Shown: positions 28,176 to 44,162, numbered from the stretch's first letter. The stretch: 64,000 nt of DNA from Octopus vulgaris (GCA_951406725.2 OX597837.1:4650001-4714000); one strand, 5' to 3'. The notes: generated from the letters alone by a model not told the origin. Translations and numbers: made by a program.

Positions 28176-29477
28176 GATATTTTGATAAGCTGGTTCATAT
28201 TCCATTAAAGCATTATTTATGGTTTTCTTCACCCTTTCCCCTGAGACAGTACATAAATAAAAAAAAAGTGATCATGTGAGCAGCCAATTCTCGCTTGATT
28301 AATCCATTAATTAAATCATGTCTATCTAATGAGTGCTTCCTTATCGTCTTGTATTCTTCGCCAAATGATTCTATCCAAATTCTTAACCATTTCATTCCGA
28401 AAGAGTTATTGTATTTTCTATGCTTTAAATTAATTACTGTAAATGTCTTTCGGTTTTGTATAATACAATTACTTAATATTTCTCATAAACATTTCTGTGT
28501 TGCTACTGACAGCATTCAGCCAAGACATAACCTTTTGTTTGTCTCTGGTACCTCGTGGTTATTAATCATTATCATTTAACTGAATTCATCATCTCAGTTC
28601 ATTCCGGCAACTTTCCCTTTAAAACCTTGCTTAGTCGAGTTGAAATTATTCAGTCTCATAGACAGAATTATATTATTATGCTTTATGCGGCTTATAATGA
28701 ATATGAATTTTGAAAACAACCTCTACGTGGGGGTCACTGTTGCCTAAAATAATCAAATGTCTCGGATTTTGAACGATTTAATCTCAGTGATTAAGATAAG
28801 ACAGAAGTGTCTAAGCACCTCAAAATCCGTTACGGATTGGTTCACGATACGAAATAAACAATAAAAATATTTTTTTTTGTTTTAATGTTATGCTTTTATT
28901 TGTTTTCATGTTGATGATGCTGATGTTATTTGTTTGTGTTGTTGTTGTCAACGTTGTTCTGTTTTTGTTTTTTGCTGATAAGGTTATCGATTTATTGATG
29001 TTGTTGTTGTTGCGTTTGTTGCTGATGTTGCGGGTGGTGATGATGATGATGATGATGTTGCTATTGTTTTTGTTTTTGTTGCTGTTTTCTCGCAGCAAAT
29101 ATTGTTCCTTTTTTTTCTTCGCTGCTGTTGTGTTTGTCTACTTCCCTATCAATCTAATTCTTGTAGATCTACAATCACAAGCGCTCTAAATATGACCAAC
29201 CAAACATTTAGAGAATATCTATGACCATATATTTAATTTCCAATCTTTCTTTCTTTCAAAAAGTGCGCATAAATTAAGGAAGATTTGGCTGTTATTTCTA
29301 GAATGTGAAGCAACCAGATGAAGAAATATTTGTTAGTTAGTTACATAATTTGGTCCTGTGGACGGACGGTTCGATGGTGAGTGGAATATTAATAGATCCG
29401 AAGTATTTCTATAATCATTTCCAAGAAATTCTTGCTACACGGAAGTAGGGGAAATATTTTTATAAAAAAAACACAAG

Positions 29478-29890
29478 AAGGCGGTGAGCTGGCTCATGAA
29501 TGTTAGATGTCGGACAAAATGCTTAGCAGCATGTCTTCCGGCTTTTTAGGTTGTTAGTTCAAATTCAGTCGCGGTTACCTTTGCCTCTTAGCCTTTCGGG
29601 GTCGATAAAATAAAGGCCCAATTGAGGACCGGGGTTCATGCAATCGACATACACCATCCCCTAAAAAATTGCCGGTCATGCAGGAAAGTTTGAAATCGAA
29701 GGCGGTGACCCGGCAAAATCATTAGCGTATCGGACAAAATGCCTAACGGCATTTCAATCGGGCTCCTTACGTTCTAAGTTTAAGTTTCGCCGAGGTCGAT
29801 GAAATAAAGTAATAATAAAAATACTGGAATCGAAGTAATCAACTTTTAATTCTTCTCAAAATTGCTGGCATTGTGTCAAACCAGAAAGAA
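29478..29890 (+). mobile_element. two diverged tandem SINE family 2 copies
   Basis: ggcggtgagctggc... heads at about 29480 and 29701, plus the core ggggtcgataaaataa. Confidence 0.7.
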
Positions 29891-30631
29891 TTAATTACAC
29901 AAGCGAATTCATCTGACGTTCCACTGATTCTCATGATATTAATAAACATGAATCTCCACTATAATACAATAAAGAATCGTAATGAAGATTTCCAATTACA
30001 CCGAAAATACAAATTGAATTAAAATGTTCGTTGAATATCATTAACACATTTAATGTAATAAATTATATTCTCTACAAACAACGCACAATGTTATTTCTTC
30101 CCCGTACATAAAACCCAATCGCATATTGTTTCTCCAAGAATTTTACAAAATTATTCTTCTGAAATAATCCAATTAAATGCCAAATGAATAGAAAATGATA
30201 TATTTTTTTTTTAACCTTTCCTTCTGGTGTGCATAGCAAATATTATACATTCAAGTCTTCAACTTCTAGAGCGGTCGTAAATTTAAATTAAAGTAATCAC
30301 TATAATGAGTGGCCTGTTTTAATAACGCATAAATTTCGTAAAACAGAATAAATTAATTAAAAGTAGTTGCCGCGAAGATGAGGATTATTTTTACGTTTCG
30401 TGGGGAACTCTTCGACACAGACAATGCAGTATAATCTGATATATCTGTTAGCCCTTTCTTACGATTTTATCTACCGAAGCCCTTCGCCCTCAATAGAGAA
30501 TAAGCAATTTTTGACCTTCTTCCGTTTTGGCCGACGCTGCGCTCTTTATTCTGTCCTTTCCTACGAGGAAAGCTTTCTTTTCTCAGTTCTTGTTGGTTTT
30601 GAATTGGCATCGACGCTTCTATAGCTTTGTT

Positions 30632-30837
<206 letters not shown>

Positions 30838-31885
30838 GTATGTAGAGGTGTAGGTTCTACGGAAACCAATTTTTAACTCATAGAAAAGCTGGGCCATATT
30901 AATCTGGCCTCTATTCTTTGACGTGTTCCAACATGGGAGGTCCTATCAGGAGTTCCACCATTATAGCTCTCAAAGTCATTTGGCAAACCATTCTCCACAC
31001 TTCCACAATGAAGGGGACCTTGTAGCGTATTAAACCTTCTCTATCTTTCATTCTTCGCTATCAGCAAATATTTCACCGCCTACAGTCAAGTACACTGAAA
31101 CCTTACACTTCTTTTCCTTACTTCAATATTTTTTTTCATTTTGTGAATGAATTTGTAATTTAACGACAAGCATCACAAATTCAGTTGATCCAGAGAATTT
31201 CGCCTTCTTAGATATAGCATATAATCTTTTCTTATTTAAATTAAAGTAGAATTGTACCTTGTCAGTTAAGCTACTTTGCAAGCCTGTACATTTGTCACGA
31301 TAACATTTTAGGATTAAGTAGAGTTGTACCATGTAAATTAAACTTCTTAGCAGGGGGACACACTGATTAGAATAGAAAACCTCTTCTCACCAAATTTAAT
31401 AATCTGCTTCTAAATAAGAACAAAAATAAAACTTTCAGTATACGTAAACATTTTATCTCTCTTTAAGAAAATTTCAACACGAAATATGTCGACCATCTCC
31501 TGCCTCATCGTAAACCATTATAATTCAATGCTGAATTTTTCTAACATTTTGTCGATACGGACCATAACAATATATAACGAGTTCTGCATTTTATTTTTTT
31601 TAATTATTGTCTTTCTGATACATAGAGATACCTTATGGCTATCGTTCAACAATCTTATACTATTTAATGGAAAATTGAGAATGTTTTTCATTAGGTAATG
31701 GAATGTATTGAATGAAACGTAAGATAAACTTCATAATTAAAATTTCAGCATTGGTTATCAAGCGTAGGAAAAGATTAATTAATAAACAACCGAAACCTCA
31801 CACGTTCTCACATTTTAATGACATTTATACAATGCACGTGACTATATGTATGGAAAATACACACACACACACACACACACACATA

Positions 31886-31932
<47 letters not shown>

Positions 31933-31968
31933 CTATAATGTACATGTATGTAATACGTATATATATGC

Positions 31969-32059
<91 letters not shown>

Positions 32060-32428
32060 AATGCACATACATAAATGTATGAGTGTGTGTGTATGTATGT
32101 ACATATCTATATATATATGCATATATCCTATATCTATATACATAAATATATATGAATATACATACGTGTATTATATATATATATGTGTGTGTATGTGTGT
32201 GTATGTGTATGTTTGTGTGGTTGTGTTTGTGAGTATGTGTGTGTGTGTTTGTGTGTATGTATGAACGTATGTATATACATGATTGAGTGACGAAAGGAAA
32301 GAATGTAGCATACAATTTTGTAGAGTCACTTATACTTTTAACTACAGTTTGACACACCTCCGCTTAAATTAAAAGTTTGGTATGCATATGAATGTGCGTT
32401 TGTATATCTATCTGTCTATCCATCTATC

Positions 32429-32549
<121 letters not shown>

Positions 32550-32619
32550 GCACACATTCACCCATTCATCCATATACATGCATACACACACACATATATA
32601 TATGCATATACATATACAT

Positions 32620-32725
<106 letters not shown>

Positions 32726-33046
32726 GCAGCGTGGAATGTGTTTATAAGCCATTTAATGGACACAAAATCCGTTAGGTAAATTTCAACATTTAAATTTAAT
32801 TTGTCAAAATATTTTCGGCGCTTTGAGACCGCGAGTTGTTCACTGACAAAATTCCGTGCTGCATTCTCACATATAAAATCCCATATTCGTCAATTCTATA
32901 AGCAGGGTACATTTAATTCCTATGCATTCGTTTATATACACGTGTTCATTTGCTCGTATTGTTCGAAAGTTGTTTTATCAGTTGTATACGTGGTTTTCAG
33001 TATATATAAGAGGAGATTATTTCCTTGCATTGGATATGTATGTAAG

Positions 33047-33078
<32 letters not shown>

Positions 33079-33144
33079 TGTATGTATGTATGTATGTATG
33101 TATGTGTATGTATATGTATGTATATATATATATTTATATATATG

Positions 33145-33189
<45 letters not shown>

Positions 33190-34019
33190 TAATCGAAGAG
33201 TATAGTATTATATATCCTTTTCGGCCAGTCTTACTGATTGGTTTCGCATTAGAGGTTAAACGGACTGTTACGTCATAGCCCGATTATGTAATCCTACGCT
33301 CTTCAGGGATGGCAGTTATGGAATAAGATACGGTAGCACACACACACACATGTATAAACATATACATGTTTGTGTGTACGTATGCGTCTGTTCACGTGCC
33401 TTGTGTCGCTTCCTCTTAAAATGCAAACTAGAGCTACAATAAAGAAGAAACAGAAGAAAAACGCCAGCATTGTCGAATCAGAATTAGAATTGATATAAGC
33501 AACTAAGAATCTTAAAGGTATTTTCTACCCACCGCTTTACTGATTATAATCCATTGACGAGGAATATAAAATAAAGCAGAGATTCAAACGAAGAATGAAC
33601 GAACATTATGTATTCTATATTTAGAATTATATCTGACTTCGCTGTAAATTAATCCATAGTCTCAAATAATCCGCATGAAATACAATCCATTTGGTGACGT
33701 TGGTAAAGTTACATCCATTAGTAAAAGCAACTTATTTGAGTTGAATATGGGAGTCTGAAAATAAAGAAGGATTTTTATGACACAAGATATTCCTAGCTGC
33801 TGAGTAATTAGCATTACTTTAAATTCATCGGCCAATAATATTGATTAAAACATATGACGTCATTAGAAGAATATTAGTTTTCCAGAATCGATTTATATCT
33901 TTACGCTGCTTGCTTGCGTGTCGCGTGTCCATAAATATATATATATATATATACATATATAAATATAATATAAATAATATATAAATATATGCATCTATAT
34001 ATATATATGGATCTATATA

Positions 34020-34098
<79 letters not shown>

Positions 34099-34102
<4 letters not shown>

Positions 34103-34290
34103 AAAGTTTACGAAAAAAACAAAAGACGAAGACAGGTGGTGTACAAAACAAACATATGTATTAGTATAACGCCCAGGAATAGGATAAGTCTTTTACGTTT
34201 CGAGCCTACGCTCTTCTACAGAAAGGGACACAGAAAAAACAAGGAGAAAAAAAAAGATGTGTGTAGTGGCTAACGATCTATTATGGTGAT
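34099..34290 (-). mobile_element. HHR element family B
   Basis: Minus strand has cttt-ctgtaga-a-gagc gtag gctc-gaa-acgt-a-aaag (34190-34225). The 3' end abuts (TA)n. Confidence 0.75.
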
Positions 34291-34679
34291 ATATCATTGA
34301 TATCTATATCAATCGCCATAATAGACTTGGCAACATTATGCCCTGAGAGATTGGACTCACTAGGATTTTAGAATTCACACTGATATGGTTATTCAGGCAA
34401 ATATACCAGTGTGGTATATACATATATATATATATATATATATTTATATATGTATGTATATATATACGCACGCACACACACACACACACACACACACATG
34501 AAAATTTCTTAGTTTGGGTAAAACTGGGAAGGCTGGATCTCTAGGTCTCCTTCCAGGTCTTTTATGAAACCCTTTTGAGCCAGGAACTTCTCAACAGCCA
34601 CTCGTCTACACACAACCGCACACACACACACAAATACACACGCAAATGTTGCGCATCCTGCATGCAATCTGAATACAAC

Positions 34680-35477
<798 letters not shown>

Positions 35478-35696
35478 GAAATAATAATAATAATAATAAT
35501 GGTTCCAAGTTATTGTATTGTTATTAATATGAATATGAATGTATGTTCTCTATTTATATTTGTTATACTAGAGGAAGAAATATGTTCTTTATATTTGTAA
35601 AAAAAAGTTTTTCTTTCTACATGAATGTATACGTATATACGTAAACACTTATACACAAATGTATATATATTATGCACACACACGCACATATGTTTC

Positions 35697-35764
<68 letters not shown>

Positions 35765-36125
35765 TGAGTGTATTTTTACCTTGTTAACAATTAACACGGA
35801 AAAATAAATAAATAGTTACCAGGGCAGCAAAAATCTTACAAGTAAAGGTGTTGTAACTCCTTGTTTATAAAGGTAGAGACTTTGTGTTTACGTTGAATAT
35901 TTTGAATAATATGAATTAAAAAATGGAATTAATGCAGGTGTAATCAAATAGTCTTTACTTTCGACACATGTTTCGAAAATTCTACTGATACTATTCAAAA
36001 GAATAAATGGTATAAACAATGCATTGTTTATACCATTTATTCTTTTGAATAGTATCAGTGGAATTTTCGAAACATGTGTCGAAAGTAAAAATATTTGATT
36101 ACACCTGCGTTCACTCCATTTTTCT
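35765..36125. mobile_element. PLE terminus family D folded back into a ~100-bp-arm palindrome between TA arrays
   Basis: Centre aaacaatg|cattgttt at 36021/36022. Each arm carries the HHR 3' half cgaaacatgtgtcgaaag. Homologous to 8760-8870 and 51150-51324. Confidence 0.8.
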
Positions 36126-36126
36126 A

Positions 36127-36170
<44 letters not shown>

Positions 36171-36186
36171 TGTATGTGTATATATA

Positions 36187-36253
<67 letters not shown>

Positions 36254-36296
36254 TATACTTGCTACGGATCCCCAACATATATATAGACCAATTCTG

Positions 36297-36346
<50 letters not shown>

Positions 36347-36528
36347 CTATATTATTCTTAAACAAGAAAATTATTGATTAGTGACTTCGAATTTTCGACA
36401 ACTAAACATTCTTTGGCAGTCTAACGATGACCTAAGCTGGCCGAAACGTCGCACAACATACTTGTTTCAGAATAATAAAGTTGTACCCTACAAAATTACA
36501 GAGTAAACCGTAAAATTAATTACTAATG

Positions 36529-36577
<49 letters not shown>

Positions 36578-36970
36578 CTCTTTTTACTTGTTTCAGTCAT
36601 TTGACTGCGGCCATGCTGGAGCACCGCCTTTAGTCGAGGAAATCGACCCCCAAGAGGTATTCTTTGTAAGCCTAGTACTTATTCTATCGGCCTCTTTTGC
36701 CGAACCGCTAAGTTACGGGAACGTAAACACACCAGCATCGGTTGTGAAGCGATGTTGGGGGGACAAACACAGAGACACAAACACACACACGCATATATAT
36801 ATGCATATATACGACTGGCTTCTTTCAGTTTCCGTCTGCCAAATCCACTCACAAGGCTTTGGTCGGCCCAAGGATATAGTAGAATACACTTGCCCAAAGT
36901 GCCACGCAGTTGGACTGAACCCGGAACCATGTGGTTGGTAAGCAAGCTACTTACCACACAGCCACTCCTG
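36578..36970 (-). mobile_element. SINE family 1, full length
   Basis: Complete match to the family. Confidence 0.9.
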
Positions 36971-37057
36971 TATATATATTGATAAAGCAATATATAGATA
37001 TGTATGTCATATATTTGTGTGTGTGTTGCCTGTGGGTGTGTGTGTGTGTGTGAGCGA

Positions 37058-37096
<39 letters not shown>

Positions 37097-37513
37097 TGTT
37101 TCTGTATTTCTAAACTCGTACGTGGCCAGTGAGTATTGTACTTAATTTTCTCTAATTAGTCGTCCGAATTCAAATAAACGATCCCTGATGTCATTTTAAT
37201 TAACAAAGAACGTGACCCATACAGGATTGAATTCCACTTGGAAAAGTAATTATATACAATTTTAACATTGAAGAATCTCATCACATAATGTACTATCACG
37301 TTTGCTTTCCTCCTTTTCTTCATCTTTTTTTCCTATGCTTCTTTCTTCCTTCCTTCCTTTCTTCATCTCTTCATGTTTTTCGTTCTCTTTTCTTATGATG
37401 CATTTTTCTCTCTTTCTAAAATTTAAACCCTCTCATGAAAGCCAACAGAAATAATTAATATAAATGCACGGCAGAAAACAAATTAAGGATCACTAAAATA
37501 AGATAAACAAGCT

Positions 37514-37742
37514 TTACTCTTTACTCTTTACTTGTTTCAGTCATTTGACTGCGGCCATGCTGGAGCACCGCCTTTAGTCGAGCAAATCGACCCCGGGACT
37601 TATTCTTTGTAAGCCCAGTACTTATTCTATCGGTCTCTTTTTGCCGAACCGCTAAGTGACGGGGACGTAAACACACCTGCATCGGTTGTCAAGCAATGCT
37701 AGAGGGACAAACACAGACACACAAACATACACACACACACAT

Positions 37743-37773
<31 letters not shown>

Positions 37774-37944
37774 CATATATACGGCAGGCTTCTTTCAGTT
37801 TCCGTCTACCAAATCCACTCACAAGGCTTTGGTCGGCCCGGTGCTATAGCAGAAGACACCTGCCCAAGATGCCACGCAGTGGGACTGAACCCGGAACCAT
37901 GTGGTTGGTTAGCAAGCTACTTACCACACAGCCATTCCTGCGTC
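37514..37944 (-). mobile_element. SINE family 1, full length
   Basis: Complete match with a (TTTACTC)n tail. Confidence 0.9.
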
Positions 37945-38801
37945 TATTATTATAAACATCTTTTTTCTTTTAATTACTTTAAATGTGTATGTGGAAGCAT
38001 GGTTTGAAATTCTTTCTAATTTCGGCAAACGGAAAATAATTTTACGAGGAGATTGGCAATCAAATCAATTACACAGACGCCATTGTTTAACCGGTACTTA
38101 TTTTTTCATGTCCCTACAATAAAGAACGAAAAAAAAAAAGAACAAACAACAGATGGAGTCGACTACGGCAGAATTTGAACGTATATCTGTGAAAGAAATC
38201 CATTTCATTTGGCATGGTAAAGGTTCTACCAGCTCGCAACCTCGTGAATAGCTTAAAATGAAATATATCATAAGCGTAGAACTGAGAAAAGGATGCCCGC
38301 TTTGTAATCGCGGCATCACTCACTTCCGTTTCCGTTTTTCCTGTGCGTGACACATTGGAATCATATTTTCTAATTCATCCTTGGATTCTCCAATGTTTTG
38401 CTAATAGAATTTGGCGGACGGTAATTGTACGGAAGCCCGTCCTTCTCGATATATGCATGTGTGCGTAAATGTTTGTATTTCTAGGTGTGTCAGTGAGTTG
38501 TATGCGCGAGGTTGAATGTGTATGTGTGTGTATGTGTATGCAATTTTCGCTAGAGCATGCTCGCTTCAAAGGTTTGTACAAGGTCAGGAATATTGAGAAG
38601 AATCATTTGTAGATTTTATCGGTCCTAGCACTTGACTGCTATTCTATTGATCTCAAAAGGATAAAAGGCCAAAATTTGTCTTCGCAGGCTTTGAACTCTG
38701 ATTGTAATACGCCAAAAGAAGTATTGTTAAGCATTACGTACAGAGTCTTAACAATTGTTCCAGTTCTGCCGTGTTACAGAGGCATATTATCAGCGAAACG
38801 A

Positions 38802-38966
38802 CAGGCGTAGGAATGGCTGTGCGGTAAGTAGCTTGCTTATGAACCACATTGCTCCGGGTTCAGTCCCACTGCGTGGTACCTTGGGCGAGTCTTTTCTAGT
38901 ATAGTCTCGGGCCGACCAAAGCCTTGCGAGTGGATTTGGTACACGGAAACTGAAAGAAGCCCGTCG

Positions 38967-39045
<79 letters not shown>

Positions 39046-39232
39046 GTTTGTGCCCCCAACTTTACTTGACAACCGATGCTGGAGTGTTTACGTCCCCGTA
39101 ACTTAGCAAAAGAGACCGATAGAATAAGTACTAGGCTTTCAAAGAATAAGTCCTGGGGTCGATTTGCTCGACTAAAGCCGGTGCTCCAACATGGCCGCAG
39201 TCAAATGACTGAAACAAGTAAAAGAGTAAAAG
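38802..39232 (+). mobile_element. SINE family 1, full length
   Basis: Complete match with an internal (TA)n(GT)n tract. Confidence 0.9.
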
Positions 39233-39311
39233 ATTAATTACTAAAAATACAGAAAACAGACAAAAACAGTGCTATTACGGCGGAAACCTTTGTAGTTTTA
39301 ATTCAACTAAA

Positions 39312-39645
39312 ATGGCGGTGAGATGTTAGAAATGTTAGGACACTGAGAAAAATACTTAGCGGCATTTCGACCGTTCTTACGGTTTACGGGAAAATTCTGC
39401 TCAGATCGTCATCAAATAACACCGAAGTCAGTTATAAGACGGTGAGCTAGCGGAATCGCTAGTACGCCGGGCAAGATACTTAGCGGAATTTCAGCCGATT
39501 ATACGTTCTGAGTTCAAATGCCGCCGAGCTTGTCTTTGCCTTTCATCCTTTCGGTGTTGATAAAATAAGTAACAGCCGAACCCTTGGGTCGGTGTAATCA
39601 ACTTACTCCCCCCTAAAATTGCTGGCCTTGTGCCAAAATTTGAAG
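39312..39645 (+). mobile_element. SINE family 2 (partial head plus full copy)
   Basis: ggcggtgag heads at about 39313 and 39439, plus the core gcctttcatcctttcgg..gataaaataagta. Confidence 0.75.
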
Positions 39646-40317
39646 CCTAATATTGATTCTGCCAGGAGTCAGAGAATCCCATGTCACTATTGATGTTAGA
39701 GATACACTGAAATTGAAAACACGTGAAAAAACAAAGCCAAACGAACTTTCATACAAAATAAATAAATAATATCTGTTTGATGTGAACGTCTGAATATTAT
39801 TTAACTAAATATATTTAAAATTATATGTCAAAATAAATCATTGTTATTAATGATTCATTGGGTTTCTAAAAATATAAAATAATATTTGACTAGTTGAAGG
39901 TTGAAAAATAATTAAAAATATATTTGATCAATTACAAAATCCAATGACAGACGGATTATGACAGAGATGATTGATAGTTTAAGTCAGCAGTTTTCAATCA
40001 TTATTTGTGTACGGTCCTAGACTTCTGTAACCATTCATTGTATAGAACAAAATACTTCTGAATTATTTTATAATTGAATATTGTTAGGCATTGCATAAAA
40101 AAGCATTGTTAAGATATCTCGTGTATTTCAGAAACGCAAGCAATTTATTGCCCATAGATTTTTACAATAAAATTCTATATTGACCTCAATGTGTTGGCAA
40201 TATGGAACACAAAGTGCCACAAGTGGCTCAGTGGAACACCTCTAGTTTAAGTATTCCAAATGATGATATAAAGTCAATATGCTGCAAGTTTTTATAGAAG
40301 TATTCAACGATATGAGG

Positions 40318-40373
<56 letters not shown>

Positions 40374-40513
40374 GTCGACACACGTCGACCTTTTCAAGCC
40401 TAGCAGGCTCATGGGCCCGATTTCTCAGTTTCTGTGGCTATGTGTTCCCCCAACTGGACGGGATGCCAGTCCATCGCAGAGTTAAAGAAACAGGAAGAGA
40501 GCGTGTAAGTGTA

Positions 40514-40557
<44 letters not shown>

Positions 40558-40586
40558 CGTACACTTACACATGCATGAAGTGATTC

Positions 40587-40622
<36 letters not shown>

Positions 40623-40627
<5 letters not shown>

Positions 40628-40820
40628 ATCCAAACTTGAAAACACAAAGAGAAAACACAACAACGCGAGGACGTGGAACAAATATAGCATTATTGGACGC
40701 TCAAGGAAGGGAAGAAGGAGGGTTTTACGTTTCGAGCGGAGCTCTTCGTCAGAAACATGGGAAAAGGAAAGATCCAGAGAAGGGAAGACGGAGGAAAAAA
40801 AAATCGCCAACGATGTGTGT

Positions 40821-40891
<71 letters not shown>

Positions 40892-41010
40892 GTTAATCCA
40901 AACTTGAAAACACAAAGAGAAAACACAACAACGCGAGGACGTGGAACAAATATAGTATTATTGGACGCTCAGGAAGGAAGGGAAGACGGAGGAAAAGAAT
41001 CGCCAACGAT
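40623..41010 (-). mobile_element. two head-to-tail copies of HHR element family A separated by (GT)n(TA)n; second copy has the HHR deleted
   Basis: 40623-40814 and 40891-41010 share near-identical termini. An intact minimal HHR lies at 40722-40756. Confidence 0.85.
40722..40756 (-). ncRNA. minimal type I hammerhead ribozyme motif (35 nt)
   Basis: GUUU-CUGACGA-A-GAGC UCC GCUC-GAA-ACGU-A-AAAC, with palindromic ACGU stem III (dimer-type minimal HHR). Confidence 0.75.
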
Positions 41011-41023
41011 GTGTGTGTGTGTG

Positions 41024-41082
<59 letters not shown>

Positions 41083-41110
41083 GTGTGTGTATGTATATAT
41101 ATATATATAT

Positions 41111-41348
41111 GCGGGTTCACAAAATTTTTGTTTCATCACATACCGAAATTTAGAAATAGCAGCCAAAACTAGCTATTTCTAAATTTCTGTATGTGGTGAA
41201 GCAAATTTTGGGCTAAACCCTAATTAAAATTATACTCATAATTATAAAAATTTTCGTTTAAGTTTACCGATAATGATTCTCTTAACATGCCGAACTACTT
41301 GGTAAAATTATTAATTATTAATTTATTAATTAATATTACCCCTTATTA
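41111..41348 (+). mobile_element. short TA-flanked element family F with fold-back hairpin
   Basis: Reverse complement of 57021-57195. Hairpin arms at 41120-41160 and 41172-41210. Confidence 0.7.
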
Positions 41349-41384
41349 TATATATATATATATATATATATTTGTATATATGTG

Positions 41385-41587
41385 ACCACGTGTGTACCGT
41401 TGGCGATTTTTCCCCTCTGTCTTCCCTTCTCTGGATCTTTCCTTCTCCTATGTTTCCGACGAAAAGCTCCGCTCGAAACGTTAAACCCTCCTTCTTTCCT
41501 TCTTTTCCTGAGCGTCCAATAATACTATATTTGTTCCACGTCCTCGCGTTGTTGTGTTTTTTTTGTGCTTTCATGTTTGGATTAACT
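41385..41587 (+). mobile_element. HHR element family A, opposite orientation, TA-flanked
   Basis: gtttccgacgaaaagctccgctcgaaacgttaaac (41452-41486). Ends tttggattaac-(TA)n. Confidence 0.8.
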
Positions 41588-42040
41588 ATATATATATATA
41601 TATATATATATACATACCCTGAATGTTCTGCAAAACGGATTCAAACCCAAAACAGCATCCTTAATGAATGCATATCTCTGCCACAGCGACGTAAAATCCA
41701 CAGAAATAATGACAACGATGTTTGCAAGAATGTTCTCTTGTGTTTTGGATAACGCTTATTTTAAGTAGCATCTTTTTATCCCAAAACATGTCACGTTGTG
41801 TCATTATGGATTTAAGTACAAATTCTTTTGTTGAATCCTACTTTACTTATTTTGAATACAAATAAAATAATACGGACATTTTGAATATAGCGTTTCCATA
41901 TTCGGTTTTCGTATTCTTTTAGAAGAATCTTAAGTGGTACCAACCATTCATTTAAAGGGCTGCGTAAATTAACAATTGAAACATTTTAAACGATGTTCTT
42001 CTTCTTCTTCTTATTATTATTATTATTAATGTTGTTTTTG

Positions 42041-42139
<99 letters not shown>

Positions 42140-42467
42140 GTGTTATTGATATTTTTGTTGCTTTTTTTCTGTGCTTCAACCGCTATGCAAAATATAAAAT
42201 ATTTTCATTTCTAATGCCATCCCTATTCAAACAACGTCCATCCAGCGGCGAGATCTCGTTTTCTCGCATTCTTTCAAGGAAGGAGAAAATAACAATAGAT
42301 ATTCTTGATAGTTTCAATAGAGCAAAAATTGCCAGCAAACGATATAATAATTATTTTCTTCTTTGCGTTTATGTAAGAATGTATGGATATGGATACATAT
42401 GTGTATTTATATATATATATATATATACATATCTATATACACATATACATTGATATATATATATAGA

Positions 42468-42526
<59 letters not shown>

Positions 42527-42528
42527 CA

Positions 42529-42686
42529 CAATAAGAGGCTTCTAAATAGGAAAGCGTTGTGCTAGAACACAAAAAGGGGTAAATTCATGAAAGGAATGAA
42601 AATTAAAAACAATTTTCATTCCTTTCATGAATTTATCCCTTTTTGTGTTCTAGCACAACACTCCCTTATTTGGAAGCCTTTTATTG
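42529..42686. repeat. inverted repeat with ~76-bp arms and a 6-nt loop, next to (TA)n
   Basis: gttgtgctagaacacaaaaagggg.aaattcatgaaaggaatgaaaatt pairs with aattttcattcctttcatgaattt.tccctttttgtgttctagcacaac. Confidence 0.9.
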
Positions 42687-42780
42687 TATTTCTATATGAA
42701 TAATATATAGTCTAATGGCTAATTCATTTTTTGTGCTATGCCACTGGTAATAATAATTTATTATTACCCTATTTTATTAT

Positions 42781-42913
<133 letters not shown>

Positions 42914-43296
42914 AACATACATATGTCGTTAAGAAAATGAATTAAGTAAGAAAAGGCACAAAAGTATATTTTAGAGAATGCTTAATACATTTTTTATTAC
43001 AGTAGGTTATTCAAAATGTAACCGGTTTCGATGTATCCAAGCATGAAAACATCGGTATAATTTTTCTTCGCTTTGACTACTCAAAATGTTCTTTTTGATA
43101 TTTGATTAGATAGATACATTGAAACCGTTTATATTTTAAATCACTCACTGTCACAAAGATATCAACACTCTCTAAATTATACTTTTGCGCGTTTATAATT
43201 ATAGTCATAATTAAAAAGATCGTATGCGTGTCGCTCGTTTCCGTATTATACAGACTTCGGGTTTGTTTACAAATTTATATATACATGTGTGTGTGC

Positions 43297-43365
<69 letters not shown>

Positions 43366-43994
43366 ATATGGAACAAAACTCTGATCTTTAAACGCCTAAA
43401 CCAGTATACATCTTAGCAGAGGTGTAGGTGCGCGTGCCTGCGTGTGTGTCTGTGTGTGTCTTTGTATGTTTGAAATCAGAAAAAGTTTAAATAATATAGG
43501 TGAAGCGTTCGACTAAATATACAAGGTTACGCATATAAATAAAAACAAAGACTAGATATTCTATAAGACTACAGATATTGCTTAATAATTCCATTATATT
43601 TCAGCGAAGCTTCGCATTGTCAAAGATAAGACAGGAATTAATCCAAGAAACCATCGCGTATCAGTATGGATTATCGATCATAAAACTTTTTCTCCAAATT
43701 CTTAAATTATTTTCCACGATATATTAGATAAATGGTGTCTGTCCTGAAACATTATAAAAGCATGGAATGATTGAATATTACGGTTTTTTATTATTATTGG
43801 TATTACATTTCATATTTTGACTAACTTTTCACCCACTTTACTTAAATCTAAGCTTAAGTAAAATAAATGTGTAAGTGTGTGTGTTTGTGTGTTTGTGTGT
43901 ATGTGTATGCATGTGTGTGTATGCGCCGAAACGTTTGTCGTTCATTCCGCTTTCTATCTATCTATTTCTCAATGTATATGTGCATATTTGTTTA

Positions 43995-44056
<62 letters not shown>

Positions 44057-44162
44057 CGTGACCGACCAGGCTATCAGATGTTGCTACACATCGCTGGTCA
44101 CAATGCGCTTCGCATTGTTTTAACCTTCAAATGACGCCACCCCGCTGGCTAAGTGAGCAGGC

